A DNA stretch of 64,000 nucleotides from Oscillospiraceae bacterium (lineage in GTDB: Bacteria > Bacillota > Clostridia > Oscillospirales > Acutalibacteraceae): contig SVOA01000005.1 of the NCBI GenBank assembly GCA_015066635.1, positions 2,057 through 66,056 on the forward strand, in the 5' to 3' direction. This document shows positions 20,229-29,077 of the stretch, piece by piece (position 1 is the stretch's first letter; each line of letters opens with the position of its first letter). The notes beneath the pieces were generated by a model. It searched no databases. It was not told the origin of the DNA and saw only the letters and a list, made by a program, of their open reading frames with translations. Position numbers and translations under genes: made by a program.

Positions 20229-20582
20229 ATGCTTAACGAACAGATGAAGCTTATCAGAAAAGCTAACAAATTCACACAGGAGCAGACGGCAAAGGCACTC
20301 AATATAGAGCGCTCAACCTATGCTTCATACGAGACAGGCAGAAACAGACCTGATATTTCGCTTCTTGAGATTTTTGCGAGAACCTTCGGCGTAACGGTGG
20401 ACTTTATCCTCAACCTTGACACGCAGGCGGAAATGTCCGACGTAGCCAAGCCCTACAACGGCGAGGATAACTCACTCGTTCTGAGCAAACTCAATTCGGA
20501 GGAAAAGGATATAATTGCTTTTTACCGTAACTGCTCTCAGGAGGATAAAGACAGAATAAAATCAATAATTGAACGCAAATAA
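20229..20582 (+). CDS. XRE-family helix-turn-helix transcriptional regulator
   Basis: KLIRKANKFTQEQTAKALNIERSTYASYETGRNRPDISLLEIFARTFGV is a Cro/C1-type HTH. Confidence 0.85.
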   Translation: MLNEQMKLIRKANKFTQEQTAKALNIERSTYASYETGRNRPDISLLEIFARTFGVTVDFILNLDTQAEMSDVAKPYNGEDNSLVLSKLNSEEKDIIAFYRNCSQEDKDRIKSIIERK

Positions 20583-20607
20583 AAAAAGCCCTTTCAGGGC
20601 TTTTTTG
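20582..20607. terminator. Bidirectional terminator (XRE gene / alr)
   Basis: aaaaagccct-ttc-agggcttttt with flanking A- and T-runs, between convergent genes. Confidence 0.75.
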
Positions 20608-20618
20608 TTTATCTTTTT

Positions 20619-21788
20619 TTATATGCTGTCAAGATAGTCAACCGTCTGTGAGATTTTGCCGTTTTTGATATAAACTCTCGGCACTCTCATATTTATATCG
20701 CAGCAGAATTCATAGTTGAAGCTGCCTGCTGTTCCGGCAACCTCCTCACAGGTAATACTAAGTCCCGATTCTTTATCGGTGCCGACAAGTATTACGCTGT
20801 CGCCCTGACGCACGTCAATTCCCGTAACATCAACCATTATTTGGTCCATACAGACCCTGCCGACAATTTTTGCGTAATGCCCGTTCACGATAACCCTGCC
20901 TTTGTTTGAAAGGCTTCTCGGGTAACCGTCGCCGTATCCTATGGAAACGGTGGCGATTTTCATTTTATCGGGCGCGGTAAAGGTACTCGAATAGCCGACG
21001 GTGTCGCCTTTTTCAATTTCCTTGACGTATGCGACGCTGCTTATAAGCTGCATAGCAGGCTTTAACGGGAAGCCTGACTTATTTACTTCGTCAGACGGAT
21101 ACAGACCGTAGGTCATAATTCCCGTTCTTACCATATCAAGGAAGTCGCTGCTGTAATCAATGATACCCGCGCTGTTGTCCATATGTTTAATCGGGATGCT
21201 TATTCCCTTTGCCTCTAATTTATCGAGAAAATCGAGGTACATCTTTTTCTGTGCGTTGCTCGAGGTCTTATCCCTGCAGTCAGCGCAGGCAAAGTGGGTA
21301 AAGATGCCGTCGATTTCGATATTCGGAAGAAGCGAAATCTTTTTTATTATTTCGGCGTTTTCGTCTGTGGGCTTTAAGCCGATTCTGCCCATGCCGGTAT
21401 CAACCTTTATATGAATTTTTGCCGTAACGCCGAGACTTTTGGCTTTTTCGGAGAGAAGCTCTGCGGTTTCATACTGGAAAACGGCGTGCATAAGGTCGTT
21501 TTTAAGCAACCTGTCGTAGTCCTCGGGATATACATAGCCGAGTATAAGCACAGGGTTGGTTATCCCGTGGCGGCGAAGCACCTCGCCCTCCTCAACGCTC
21601 GCAACACCGAAAGCATAAACACCGATTTCGGCAAGCGCCTTTGAAACGGGCACGGCACCGTGACCGTAGGCATCGGTTTTGACTATTGCCATAACCTTTG
21701 TACGAGGACCGACCTTATTCATTACATTTTTTACATTTTCACAAACCGCATCAAGGTCTATAAGCGCATAAGCTCTTTTTGGAAGCAT
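20619..21788 (-). CDS. alr: Alanine racemase
   Basis: AIVKTDAYGHG PLP-lysine motif. The C-terminal ...VCMDQIMVDV... is typical of Alr. 389 aa. Confidence 0.92.
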   Translation of the reverse strand: MLPKRAYALIDLDAVCENVKNVMNKVGPRTKVMAIVKTDAYGHGAVPVSKALAEIGVYAFGVASVEEGEVLRRHGITNPVLILGYVYPEDYDRLLKNDLMHAVFQYETAELLSEKAKSLGVTAKIHIKVDTGMGRIGLKPTDENAEIIKKISLLPNIEIDGIFTHFACADCRDKTSSNAQKKMYLDFLDKLEAKGISIPIKHMDNSAGIIDYSSDFLDMVRTGIMTYGLYPSDEVNKSGFPLKPAMQLISSVAYVKEIEKGDTVGYSSTFTAPDKMKIATVSIGYGDGYPRSLSNKGRVIVNGHYAKIVGRVCMDQIMVDVTGIDVRQGDSVILVGTDKESGLSITCEEVAGTAGSFNYEFCCDINMRVPRVYIKNGKISQTVDYLDSI

Positions 21789-21997
21789 AGCTACTCCTTT
21801 TTGTAAAAATATTTCTTATCTTATAAATTATAATCTAAAGTTCGGATAAAGTAAAGAATTGATTTTAAATTCTTATAATTCATTTATTCGCGCGGCAGAA
21901 ATAATATTACAAAACTACCGTAAAGGCGAATCACTTTACATCTTTGTCGGGTGTAAATAAAAATTCTGTCAAAAATAAGAAAAAATGCCCGTAAATA

Positions 21998-22026
21998 TTG
22001 AAGTTTCGGTAAATATAAGTTATAAT
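21998..22026 (+). promoter_or_regulatory. Promoter candidate for zapA-U32-dut (TTGAAG, 17-nt spacer, TATAAT)
   Basis: Hexamers read at 21998-22003 and 22021-22026. Confidence 0.5.
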
Positions 22027-22074
22027 ATATAAGATAAAATATATAAAACTCTTTTGAAATGGAGAGGTGCAGTT

Positions 22075-22437
22075 ATGGGAAATACAGTTAAAGTTACTAT
22101 TGCAGGCGTAAACTATGCCTTAAAAACAGAGGAAACGGCTACGTTTACAAAGCAGCTTGCAAAAGAGTTAAACTCAAAAATGGTTGAGATTAAAAACGCA
22201 AATCCGTATATTTCAACCAACCAGATAGCAGTGCTGCTCGCCATGGAATACGCCAGCAACTGCAAAAAGGCGGAGCAGACCGCCGAGAAATTAAAGGGCG
22301 AGATGAAGGATTATCTTGAGGACGCCGCAAAGGCTCAGTCCGAGAGAGATTTCTATAAAAGAGAAATTGACAGATTAAAGGAAGAAACAAAGGCAAAATC
22401 TCAGCAGATAAATCTCTTTTCGGATGAGGACGAGTGA
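22075..22437 (+). CDS. zapA: Cell division protein ZapA
   Basis: VKVTIAGVNYALKTEE...ELNSKMVEIKNANPYISTNQIAVLLAM matches the ZapA pattern and is followed by a coiled-coil tail. ATG 22075 follows GGAGAGGTG. Confidence 0.7.
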   Translation: MGNTVKVTIAGVNYALKTEETATFTKQLAKELNSKMVEIKNANPYISTNQIAVLLAMEYASNCKKAEQTAEKLKGEMKDYLEDAAKAQSERDFYKREIDRLKEETKAKSQQINLFSDEDE

Positions 22438-24446
22438 TGTCTGAAATTTTAGCCCCCGCCGGAAGCTTTGAAGCGCTGACGGCTGCCGTCAGAAGCGGCG
22501 CGGATGCCGTGTATTTCGGCACGGGTAATTTTAACGCCAGAAGGAACGCCGAGAATTTCTCGGGCAACTCTCTTAAAGAGGCGGTGGACTACTGCCATCT
22601 TCACGGTGTTAAATGCCATGTCACGCTCAATACACTTGTTTCGGACAGGGAAATGAACGAATTTACCGAGACCGTTAAGCGTACCTGCGAGTGCAACGCA
22701 GATGCGCTTATTTTGCAGGACCTTGCGGCGGCAAAAATCGTCAGAGAGATATGCCCCGATATAGAAATGCACGCGTCAACCCAGATGTCAACGGGTACGC
22801 TTGAAGGCTTAAAGCTGTTAAAAAAACTCGGCTTTAAAAGGGCGGTGCTTCCGAGAGAACTGTCAAAAAAGGAAATTCGGTATCTTGCGGAGAATTCCCC
22901 GATAGACCTTGAGGTCTTTGTTCACGGCGCTTTGTGTATGTGCGTTTCGGGACAGTGCCTTATGAGCGCCGTACTCGGTTCGAGAAGCGGAAACAGAGGA
23001 CTTTGCGCCCAGCCGTGCAGACTTCCCTTTGGCGCGGAGAACGGTACGGGACACGATTTGAGTCTTAAAGACCTTTCTCTTATTGAGGAGCTTCGTGAGC
23101 TTTCCGATATGGGTATTGTTTCGTTTAAAATTGAGGGCAGGATGAAGCGGCCCGAGTATGTCAGCGCGGCGGTTACGGCCTGCCGCGAGAGTCTGGACGG
23201 CAGTTATTCTGCACAGAGAAAAGAGGAACTCAAGGCCCTTTTCTCGCGTCAGGGCTTTACAAGAGGATATTATGACAATATGCCGGGCAGAGAGATGTTC
23301 GGAACCCGTGATAAGGAAAATGTTACCTCTGCCACAAAGGAACTTTTAAATAAATATTCGCTCATTTTCGCTAAGGAAACCGCAGACAGACAGGCCGACT
23401 TCCGCTTTACCGCAAGACTCTGGGAAAGTCCCGTGCTTAAAGCCGAGTGCGGAGATGTAACGGCAGAGGTTAAAAGCGACTTCGTCTGCGAAAAGGCGAT
23501 AAACAAAAAACTTGATGCCGACGCCGTTTCGGTACAGCTCGGTAAATGCGGCGGCACGGCGTTTCGCGCGGGTAAAATCAGGTGCGATATTGAGGACGGA
23601 ATAAGCGTTCCGCTGTCCGTTATAAACTCGCTCAGGCGTGAGACGATAGAGAATCTGAGCGCCGAAATTATAAAAAGGGACAGAGTCATAAAAGATTTTA
23701 TCCCCGAAGCAAAGCCTGACAGAGAGCATACAAAAAACGAACTGTATCTCGTTTTTTATAAGCCCGGGAATATGCCTGCCGATATTAAGGCGGATAAAAT
23801 ATTTCTGCCGCTCGGCGCGCAGACCGACGGCTCCTTCGGTGCGTTTATACCGAGAGGGATATTCTTTAACAGTCGGGAGATTTTAACGGCGCTTGAAAAC
23901 AGTCCGTCTGAGTACGTTCTGTGCAACACTCCCGACGCAGTTGCACTTGCTCTTGAAACGGGTAAAAAAATCACCGCGGGACCGTTTATGAATATCTTTA
24001 ACAGCATTTCTCTCGCAGAGTATGAAAAACTCGGCATAAATGAAGCCGTGCTGTCATATGAATTGACGGCGAAGGAAATTTCCATGCTTTCCTCGCCTTT
24101 AAAGAGGGGAGCCGTGATTTACGGCAGGACTCCTCTTATGCTGACAAGGAACTGTCCCGTCAGGAACGGGAAAACCTGCGCAGAGTGCAAAAAGCACGGC
24201 GTAATAACCGACAGACTGGGTATAGAATTCCCCGTTATATGCGGCAACGGTTTTTCGGAGATATTAAATTCACGGCCGACATATATGCTCGACAGGGCAG
24301 ATGAAATAAAGAATACCGATTTTGATATGCTTGTCTTTACCGATGAAAGCAAAACGGAAATTCAGAGGATAATCAATTCGTATTATTCAAAAGAAAAACC
24401 TGTCGGCGAATTCACAAGAGGACTGTTTACAAGGGGTGTTGAATAA
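22437..24446 (+). CDS. U32 family peptidase-like protein (collagenase-like / RNA-hydroxylation family)
   Basis: SEILAPAGSFEALTAAVRSGADAVYFG and ...E(I/V)FVHGALCMCVSGQCLMS are U32 signature regions. ATGA overlap with the zapA stop. Confidence 0.85.
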   Translation: MSEILAPAGSFEALTAAVRSGADAVYFGTGNFNARRNAENFSGNSLKEAVDYCHLHGVKCHVTLNTLVSDREMNEFTETVKRTCECNADALILQDLAAAKIVREICPDIEMHASTQMSTGTLEGLKLLKKLGFKRAVLPRELSKKEIRYLAENSPIDLEVFVHGALCMCVSGQCLMSAVLGSRSGNRGLCAQPCRLPFGAENGTGHDLSLKDLSLIEELRELSDMGIVSFKIEGRMKRPEYVSAAVTACRESLDGSYSAQRKEELKALFSRQGFTRGYYDNMPGREMFGTRDKENVTSATKELLNKYSLIFAKETADRQADFRFTARLWESPVLKAECGDVTAEVKSDFVCEKAINKKLDADAVSVQLGKCGGTAFRAGKIRCDIEDGISVPLSVINSLRRETIENLSAEIIKRDRVIKDFIPEAKPDREHTKNELYLVFYKPGNMPADIKADKIFLPLGAQTDGSFGAFIPRGIFFNSREILTALENSPSEYVLCNTPDAVALALETGKKITAGPFMNIFNSISLAEYEKLGINEAVLSYELTAKEISMLSSPLKRGAVIYGRTPLMLTRNCPVRNGKTCAECKKHGVITDRLGIEFPVICGNGFSEILNSRPTYMLDRADEIKNTDFDMLVFTDESKTEIQRIINSYYSKEKPVGEFTRGLFTRGVE

Positions 24447-24889
24447 TGGAAAAAGTAAGAATTAAAAAGTTAAATAAAAATGCGGTAATACCCGCACGCG
24501 CCACCGAGGGCTCGGCAGGTGCAGATTTATATGCGGTATGCGACAGCGAAACCGTAACGGTTAACCCTCACGAAACCGTGCTTATTCATACGGGGCTTGC
24601 GTTTGAGATTCCCGACGGCTTTGCGGGTCTTGTCTTTGCAAGGAGCAGTTTGGGTACAAAAAGGGGACTTGCACCTGCGAATAAGGTCGGCGTAATCGAC
24701 TCCGATTACAGAGGCGAGGTAATGGTGTCGCTTCATAACCATACGGACGGGGTTCAGCATATAGAGAACGGCGAGAGAATAGCACAGCTTGTAATAGTTC
24801 CCTTCCTTAAAGCAGACTTCGTTTTGAGCGACGAGCTTGACGAAACTGACAGAGGTGCGGGAGGCTTCGGCTCAACGGGAAAAAAGTAA
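24446..24889 (+). CDS. dut: dUTP diphosphatase
   Basis: GSAGADLYA...GVIDSDYRGE...RGAGGFGSTG are dUTPase motifs. Confidence 0.92.
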   Translation: MEKVRIKKLNKNAVIPARATEGSAGADLYAVCDSETVTVNPHETVLIHTGLAFEIPDGFAGLVFARSSLGTKRGLAPANKVGVIDSDYRGEVMVSLHNHTDGVQHIENGERIAQLVIVPFLKADFVLSDELDETDRGAGGFGSTGKK

Positions 24890-24986
24890 GCGTTTCTTGA
24901 CAAAGATACGGATATTTTGATATTATTATTTTTAAGGAAAAATTCTTTGTAAATGAGATTTTATTCTTGCAAACGGAGGCTTGAAA

Positions 24987-26675
24987 ATGCTCGTTGATAA
25001 TTTGTGTATGAGCTGTATGAAGGATATAGGTCAGCAGAAGCAGTGTCCGTACTGCGGCTTTCGCCGCGAGACACCGCAGATAGCGCCTTACCTCCCTTAC
25101 AGAACCGTGCTTTCCGACAGATATATAATAGGCAAGGTAATAACCGCCGGCGGAGACGGTGTTACATATATGGCGTGGGACAAAACCGCTCAGTCAGCCG
25201 TTACAATACGCGAATTTCTGCCTGACGGAGTTGCCGCAAGACTTCGCAATTCGGCAACCGAGGTCGGCGTTTCCGATGCGGGCAAGCTCGCATTTTATGA
25301 CGGAATCAAGGAATTCCTTGAACTCTGGAGAAATCTTGCGAGATGCCGTAACCTTCAGGGCGTTATTCCCGTGCTTGACATATTCGAGGAGAACGGAACC
25401 GCTTATGCAGTAAGCGAATATATAGAGACTATTTCGCTTCGTGACTTCCTGCTTAAAAGCAGAACGGGTTATCTTTCGTGGGAGAGAGTGCAGTCTATTC
25501 TTATGCCGTTGCTTACCACGGTTTCAACCCTTCACTCAATGAATGTATTTCATCTCGGCATTTCGCCCAATACGCTTGTTCTCGGTCGGGACGGCAAGCT
25601 GAGACTTACGGGCTTTATGATAAATCCCGCAAGATGCTTTAATACCAAATATTCATCGGAGCTTGAGTCGGGCTATGCCGCAATAGAGCAGTACAGCGAT
25701 ATTGACGACACGGGCGCATGGAGCGATGTTTATGCCCTTGCGGCAGTGATTTACCGCTCGCTTATCGGCAGTACACCCGTTGCCGCAACCGACAGAATCA
25801 CAAACGATAAGCTGATGATACCTCCCAAATTTGCAGAGGTTTTGCCTGCTTACCTTATATCTGCGCTCGACCATGCGATAAACATTGACCCGAGCGAGAG
25901 GACACCCTCCATTGACGAGCTTCGCGAGGAGCTTTCGGGGTCTCCGAGCGTTATGGCAAACAAGCTTAAAGCAGACAGCGAAACTCCCGTTACGACTCAG
26001 GAGGAAATCGCAGAGAGAAAGCGCCTTGAGAGGCTTGCCGCTCAGGAGCAGAACAGACAGCGTCAGAGAAAGACCGCAATAGTTTCCTTCTTGGTAGTTA
26101 TGCTTGTCGGCGCGCTTGCGCTCGGCGGATATTTCGGCTATCAGAAGTATGAGGAGAAGAAAAACGAAACCACAACTGCCGAGGCAGTTTCCGAGATAAT
26201 TGAGGTTCCCAATTTCGTCGGACAGAGTTATTCGAGAGTCGCAAACGACGATGTCCTCAGCGAGAGATTTGAATTCAGCGTAACCTACGAGTATTCCGAG
26301 GAGGTTGAGGCAGGTCTGATAATCTCTCAGAATATTGCAGAGGGAACGGAGGTAGAGAAGGGCTCGCTTCTGTCGCTGACAGTCAGCAACGGTATAGAGT
26401 ATGTTAAACTGCCGAGCGTTGTCGGCAAGGACTATGTTGCCGCAGAGCAGACGCTCGCACAGCTTGGCTTCTCCTGCAAAAAGGTCGAGAGAGTCAATGA
26501 CGGCACGCAGACCGAGAATACGGTCATTTCTTCCTCGCCCGAGGCAGGCGGCAGTTATAAGAAGGGTACGGAGATACTGCTTCAGGTATGGGGCGCACCG
26601 CCTACAACTCAGCCCGAAACCACTACGCAGAAAACCATAGCGGATGTAATCAACAGCGCTATCAACCCTTCGTAA
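24987..26675 (+). CDS. Membrane protein with an N-terminal zinc ribbon, a catalytically degenerate Ser/Thr-kinase-like domain, one TM segment and two extracellular PASTA domains
   Basis: CMSC...CPYC ribbon. Kinase fold is recognisable but VAIK is replaced by VTIR, HRDxK by HLGIS and DFG by TGF. TM segment AIVSFLVVMLVGALALGGYFGY. Two PASTA-like modules (VPNFVGQSY..., LPSVVGKDY...). ATG 24987 lies 7 nt after GGAGG. Confidence 0.8.
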   Translation: MLVDNLCMSCMKDIGQQKQCPYCGFRRETPQIAPYLPYRTVLSDRYIIGKVITAGGDGVTYMAWDKTAQSAVTIREFLPDGVAARLRNSATEVGVSDAGKLAFYDGIKEFLELWRNLARCRNLQGVIPVLDIFEENGTAYAVSEYIETISLRDFLLKSRTGYLSWERVQSILMPLLTTVSTLHSMNVFHLGISPNTLVLGRDGKLRLTGFMINPARCFNTKYSSELESGYAAIEQYSDIDDTGAWSDVYALAAVIYRSLIGSTPVAATDRITNDKLMIPPKFAEVLPAYLISALDHAINIDPSERTPSIDELREELSGSPSVMANKLKADSETPVTTQEEIAERKRLERLAAQEQNRQRQRKTAIVSFLVVMLVGALALGGYFGYQKYEEKKNETTTAEAVSEIIEVPNFVGQSYSRVANDDVLSERFEFSVTYEYSEEVEAGLIISQNIAEGTEVEKGSLLSLTVSNGIEYVKLPSVVGKDYVAAEQTLAQLGFSCKKVERVNDGTQTENTVISSSPEAGGSYKKGTEILLQVWGAPPTTQPETTTQKTIADVINSAINPS

Positions 26676-26688
26676 AAGCAAAAATATA

Positions 26689-26720
26689 TCCCTGACTTGT
26701 TTTAAAGTCAGGGATTTTTT
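26689..26720. terminator. Bidirectional terminator (kinase-like gene / LMW-PTP operon)
   Basis: tccctgactt-gtttta-aagtcaggga followed by TTTTTT, between convergent genes. Confidence 0.75.
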
Positions 26721-26730
26721 ATTGTCGGAA

Positions 26731-27198
26731 TTATTTGCAGAGCTTATCTCTGAGAGCCGTACAGCCCTTGAGAATATCATTGAATGCAAGGTCGAAATTT
26801 CCTGTGTACCACGGGTCCGAAACGCTTCTGCTCTCTCCGGCAAATTCGAGCAGGGAAAAGATTTTATCCTTTGCAGAGTGTCCGAGTATTTTAAGCATAT
26901 ATCTGTTGTTTTCCGCGTCCATACCGATAAAGTAATCGAAATTATCCCTGTCGGCGGTTTGCAGCAGTTTTGCCCGTTTATCCGCGGAGTACGGAACGCA
27001 GTGGCTTTTTAGCTGTTCTCTTGCGGGCGGATAAATCGGACTGCCCGTACCGTTCCATATTTCATCGGTGTGCGTTGCGCGGGACTCAATGTGAAATTCG
27101 TTTTCAAACCCTGCCTTTTTAACAAGGTCCTTCATAATGAATTCCGCCATCGGCGAGCGGCAGATATTGCCGTGGCAGACAAAGCATATTCTTGTCAT
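26731..27198 (-). CDS. Low-molecular-weight protein-tyrosine phosphatase
   Basis: ICFVCHGNICRSPMAE is the CX5R(S) P-loop, and a downstream DP motif is present (SVSDPWY). Confidence 0.9.
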   Translation of the reverse strand: MTRICFVCHGNICRSPMAEFIMKDLVKKAGFENEFHIESRATHTDEIWNGTGSPIYPPAREQLKSHCVPYSADKRAKLLQTADRDNFDYFIGMDAENNRYMLKILGHSAKDKIFSLLEFAGESRSVSDPWYTGNFDLAFNDILKGCTALRDKLCK

Positions 27199-27207
27199 TT
27201 TTACTCC

Positions 27208-27762
27208 TTACAGTCCTACGTCAACGGAAATAATATCGTTCTCATAAAGATAGTTGTATTCCTCGGAGCCCTCCTTGAAAACTCCCGAGGACTTGCCCGA
27301 GCCCGGATGCGCAACGTCAGCCGTTACTCTGATTTTAAGCATTTTCCCTTCGGTATAGATTTCCGCGTTCAGGTCGAGGTCGGCCTTTTTTGCTTTGCCC
27401 GAGCAGATATAAACAAAATGTATTTCGCTTGTCTGAGGCAGATTTTTGATTCTGCTGTCGCCCGTAACCTCGGCAAGCTCCGTATTGTCAACTTTAAAGC
27501 AGAAATCGTAAACGCCGTCCTTTGAGCCCTTGAGTTTAAAATTTTTACCGTTAAAGCCGAGCTTTTCGGACTTCTCGGAGTTGTGTGTATATTCAGCGCT
27601 TTTTATAGGGGCAAATTCCTGCCCGTTGACGGTAACTCCGAAGGTGCCGCTGATTTTCTGCTTGCCGCCCGTAAAGATTAAAACGGCGGCGAGTATAACC
27701 GCGGCAGTAATTACGGCGAGTATGATATATGTATTTTTATTTTTATTCTTTGAAGTTTCCAT
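27208..27762 (-). CDS. Hypothetical membrane-anchored protein (one N-terminal TM segment, extracytoplasmic beta-rich domain)
   Basis: ATG 27762 is preceded by GGGAGGAAG. The TM segment is YIILAVITAAVILAAVLIF. The gene ends 9 nt upstream of the LMW-PTP gene. I recognise no family. Confidence 0.6.
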   Translation of the reverse strand: METSKNKNKNTYIILAVITAAVILAAVLIFTGGKQKISGTFGVTVNGQEFAPIKSAEYTHNSEKSEKLGFNGKNFKLKGSKDGVYDFCFKVDNTELAEVTGDSRIKNLPQTSEIHFVYICSGKAKKADLDLNAEIYTEGKMLKIRVTADVAHPGSGKSSGVFKEGSEEYNYLYENDIISVDVGL

Positions 27763-27862
27763 AACTTCCTCCCTGAGCAGAATTATTACTGTAAATATAG
27801 TAATATAAAACGCAAATCTTTTCAACAAAATAATAAATAATTACAGAAAAATCAAAAAACCC

Positions 27863-27891
27863 TTGCATTTGACGATTTATTGTGATATTAT
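27863..27891 (+). promoter_or_regulatory. Promoter of rplS (TTGCAT, 17-nt spacer, extended -10 TGaTATTAT)
   Basis: Hexamers read at 27863-27868 and 27886-27891, with a TG at -15/-14. Confidence 0.6.
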
Positions 27892-27897
27892 TTATAG

Positions 27898-28012
27898 GCA
27901 TTTCGGCGCTTGTAGCAATACAAACGGCAGTTAATGGCAACATTAAAGCGAGTGGTCCTCTGCACATGTAACTTGTGGTATGAACGCTTGAAACTAATTT
28001 TGGAGGTTCATT
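27898..28012 (+). ncRNA. Structured 5' leader of rplS (possible L19 autoregulatory leader)
   Basis: About 115 nt of untranslated leader. It contains two short hairpins, each capped by a GCAA tetraloop (27910-27923 and 27931-27946). L19 leaders are known in Firmicutes, but homology is not verified here. Confidence 0.35.
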
Positions 28013-28357
28013 ATGGACGCATTGAAAATTGTAGCCGACGGCATGGTCAAGGAAGACAAGCCGCAGATTAAAATCGGCGACGTAGTTAAGGTACATGTTA
28101 AAATCCGTGAGGGCGAGAGAGAAAGAATTCAGGTATTCGAGGGTACAGTTATCGCACGTAAGGGCAGCGGTGTTTCCGAGACCTTTACGGTTCGCCGTAT
28201 CTCCTACGGTGTAGGCGTTGAGAGAGTATTCCCCGTTAACTCGCCTAACGTTGCAAAGGTAGAGACAGTAAGAAGCGGTAAGGTTCGCCGTTCAAAGCTT
28301 TATTACCTTCGTGACAGAGTCGGTAAGGCTGCTAAGGTTAAAGAGCAGATTAAGTAA
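28013..28357 (+). CDS. rplS: 50S ribosomal protein L19
   Basis: [35 protein letters not shown]...[17 protein letters not shown] is canonical L19. Confidence 0.97.
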   Translation: MDALKIVADGMVKEDKPQIKIGDVVKVHVKIREGERERIQVFEGTVIARKGSGVSETFTVRRISYGVGVERVFPVNSPNVAKVETVRSGKVRRSKLYYLRDRVGKAAKVKEQIK

Positions 28358-28373
28358 TTTTAACAAAGAATTT

Positions 28374-28403
28374 AAGGAGTGGAAAATCCACTCCTTTTTT
28401 CTT
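28374..28403 (+). terminator. Terminator/attenuator after rplS
   Basis: aaggagtgga-aaa-tccactcctt forms a 10-bp stem followed by TTTTTT. Confidence 0.7.
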
Positions 28404-28473
28404 TATATTATTATAAAAAACCTTTGATTTTTTTGCTCTTTTGTTGTATTATAGTATATTAAGATACCTTATT

Positions 28474-29076
28474 ATGGGCAGGTGTATTATTTTGAGAAAA
28501 AAAGAGGATGCAAAAATCTATTTTGACGAGATAGAAAACTCCTATGCAAAAAACGCAAAAGTATGGAGGTTTATATACAGTTGGCTTGACACGCTGATAT
28601 TTGCAATAGTGGCAATAGCGATTATTTTTACCTTCCTTTTCAGGTTTGTAACCGTTAACGGCAAGAGTATGACGCCCACGCTTCACAACGGCGACTGTCT
28701 GTCGGTCAGCGCCATAAGAACTCACTATGAGCGCGGGGACATAATTGTTATTACCCAGCCGAATCAGCTTAACGAGCCGCTTATCAAAAGAGTTATTGCG
28801 GTCGGCGGCGACACCGTTGACATAAACTTTGCGGACGGCACGGTCAAGGTAAACGGGGAGAGGCTCAACGAGAGCTATATTGCTGAGCCTACAAACAGAA
28901 TGTTTGACGTTGCGTTTCCCGTAACCGTACCCGAGGGCTGCGTCTTTGTTATGGGCGACAACCGAAACGATTCGCTTGACAGCCGCTCGACAATAGTCGG
29001 CATGATAGACGAGAGATATGTGCTCGGCAAGGCGGGCATAAGAATATTCCCTTTAGGCGATTGGAAGATTAACTGA
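28474..29076 (+). CDS. lepB: Signal peptidase I (copy 1)
   Basis: VNGKSMTPTLHNGD (catalytic Ser), IKRVIAVGGDTV (Lys box) and GDNRNDSLDSR. Start uncertain (ATG 28474 or in-frame TTG 28492 after AGGTG). Confidence 0.85.
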   Translation: MGRCIILRKKEDAKIYFDEIENSYAKNAKVWRFIYSWLDTLIFAIVAIAIIFTFLFRFVTVNGKSMTPTLHNGDCLSVSAIRTHYERGDIIVITQPNQLNEPLIKRVIAVGGDTVDINFADGTVKVNGERLNESYIAEPTNRMFDVAFPVTVPEGCVFVMGDNRNDSLDSRSTIVGMIDERYVLGKAGIRIFPLGDWKIN

Positions 29077-29077
29077 T

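Noticed and set aside
25653-26843. A 396-aa ORF on the minus strand, one of the longest in the track.
   Set aside because: It lies entirely antisense to the kinase-like/PASTA gene and runs through the bidirectional terminator into the LMW-PTP gene. It has no RBS. Its composition is Leu/Arg/Cys/Ser-rich and low in complexity, typical of the mirror frame of a real gene. The plus-strand protein has clear domain structure.
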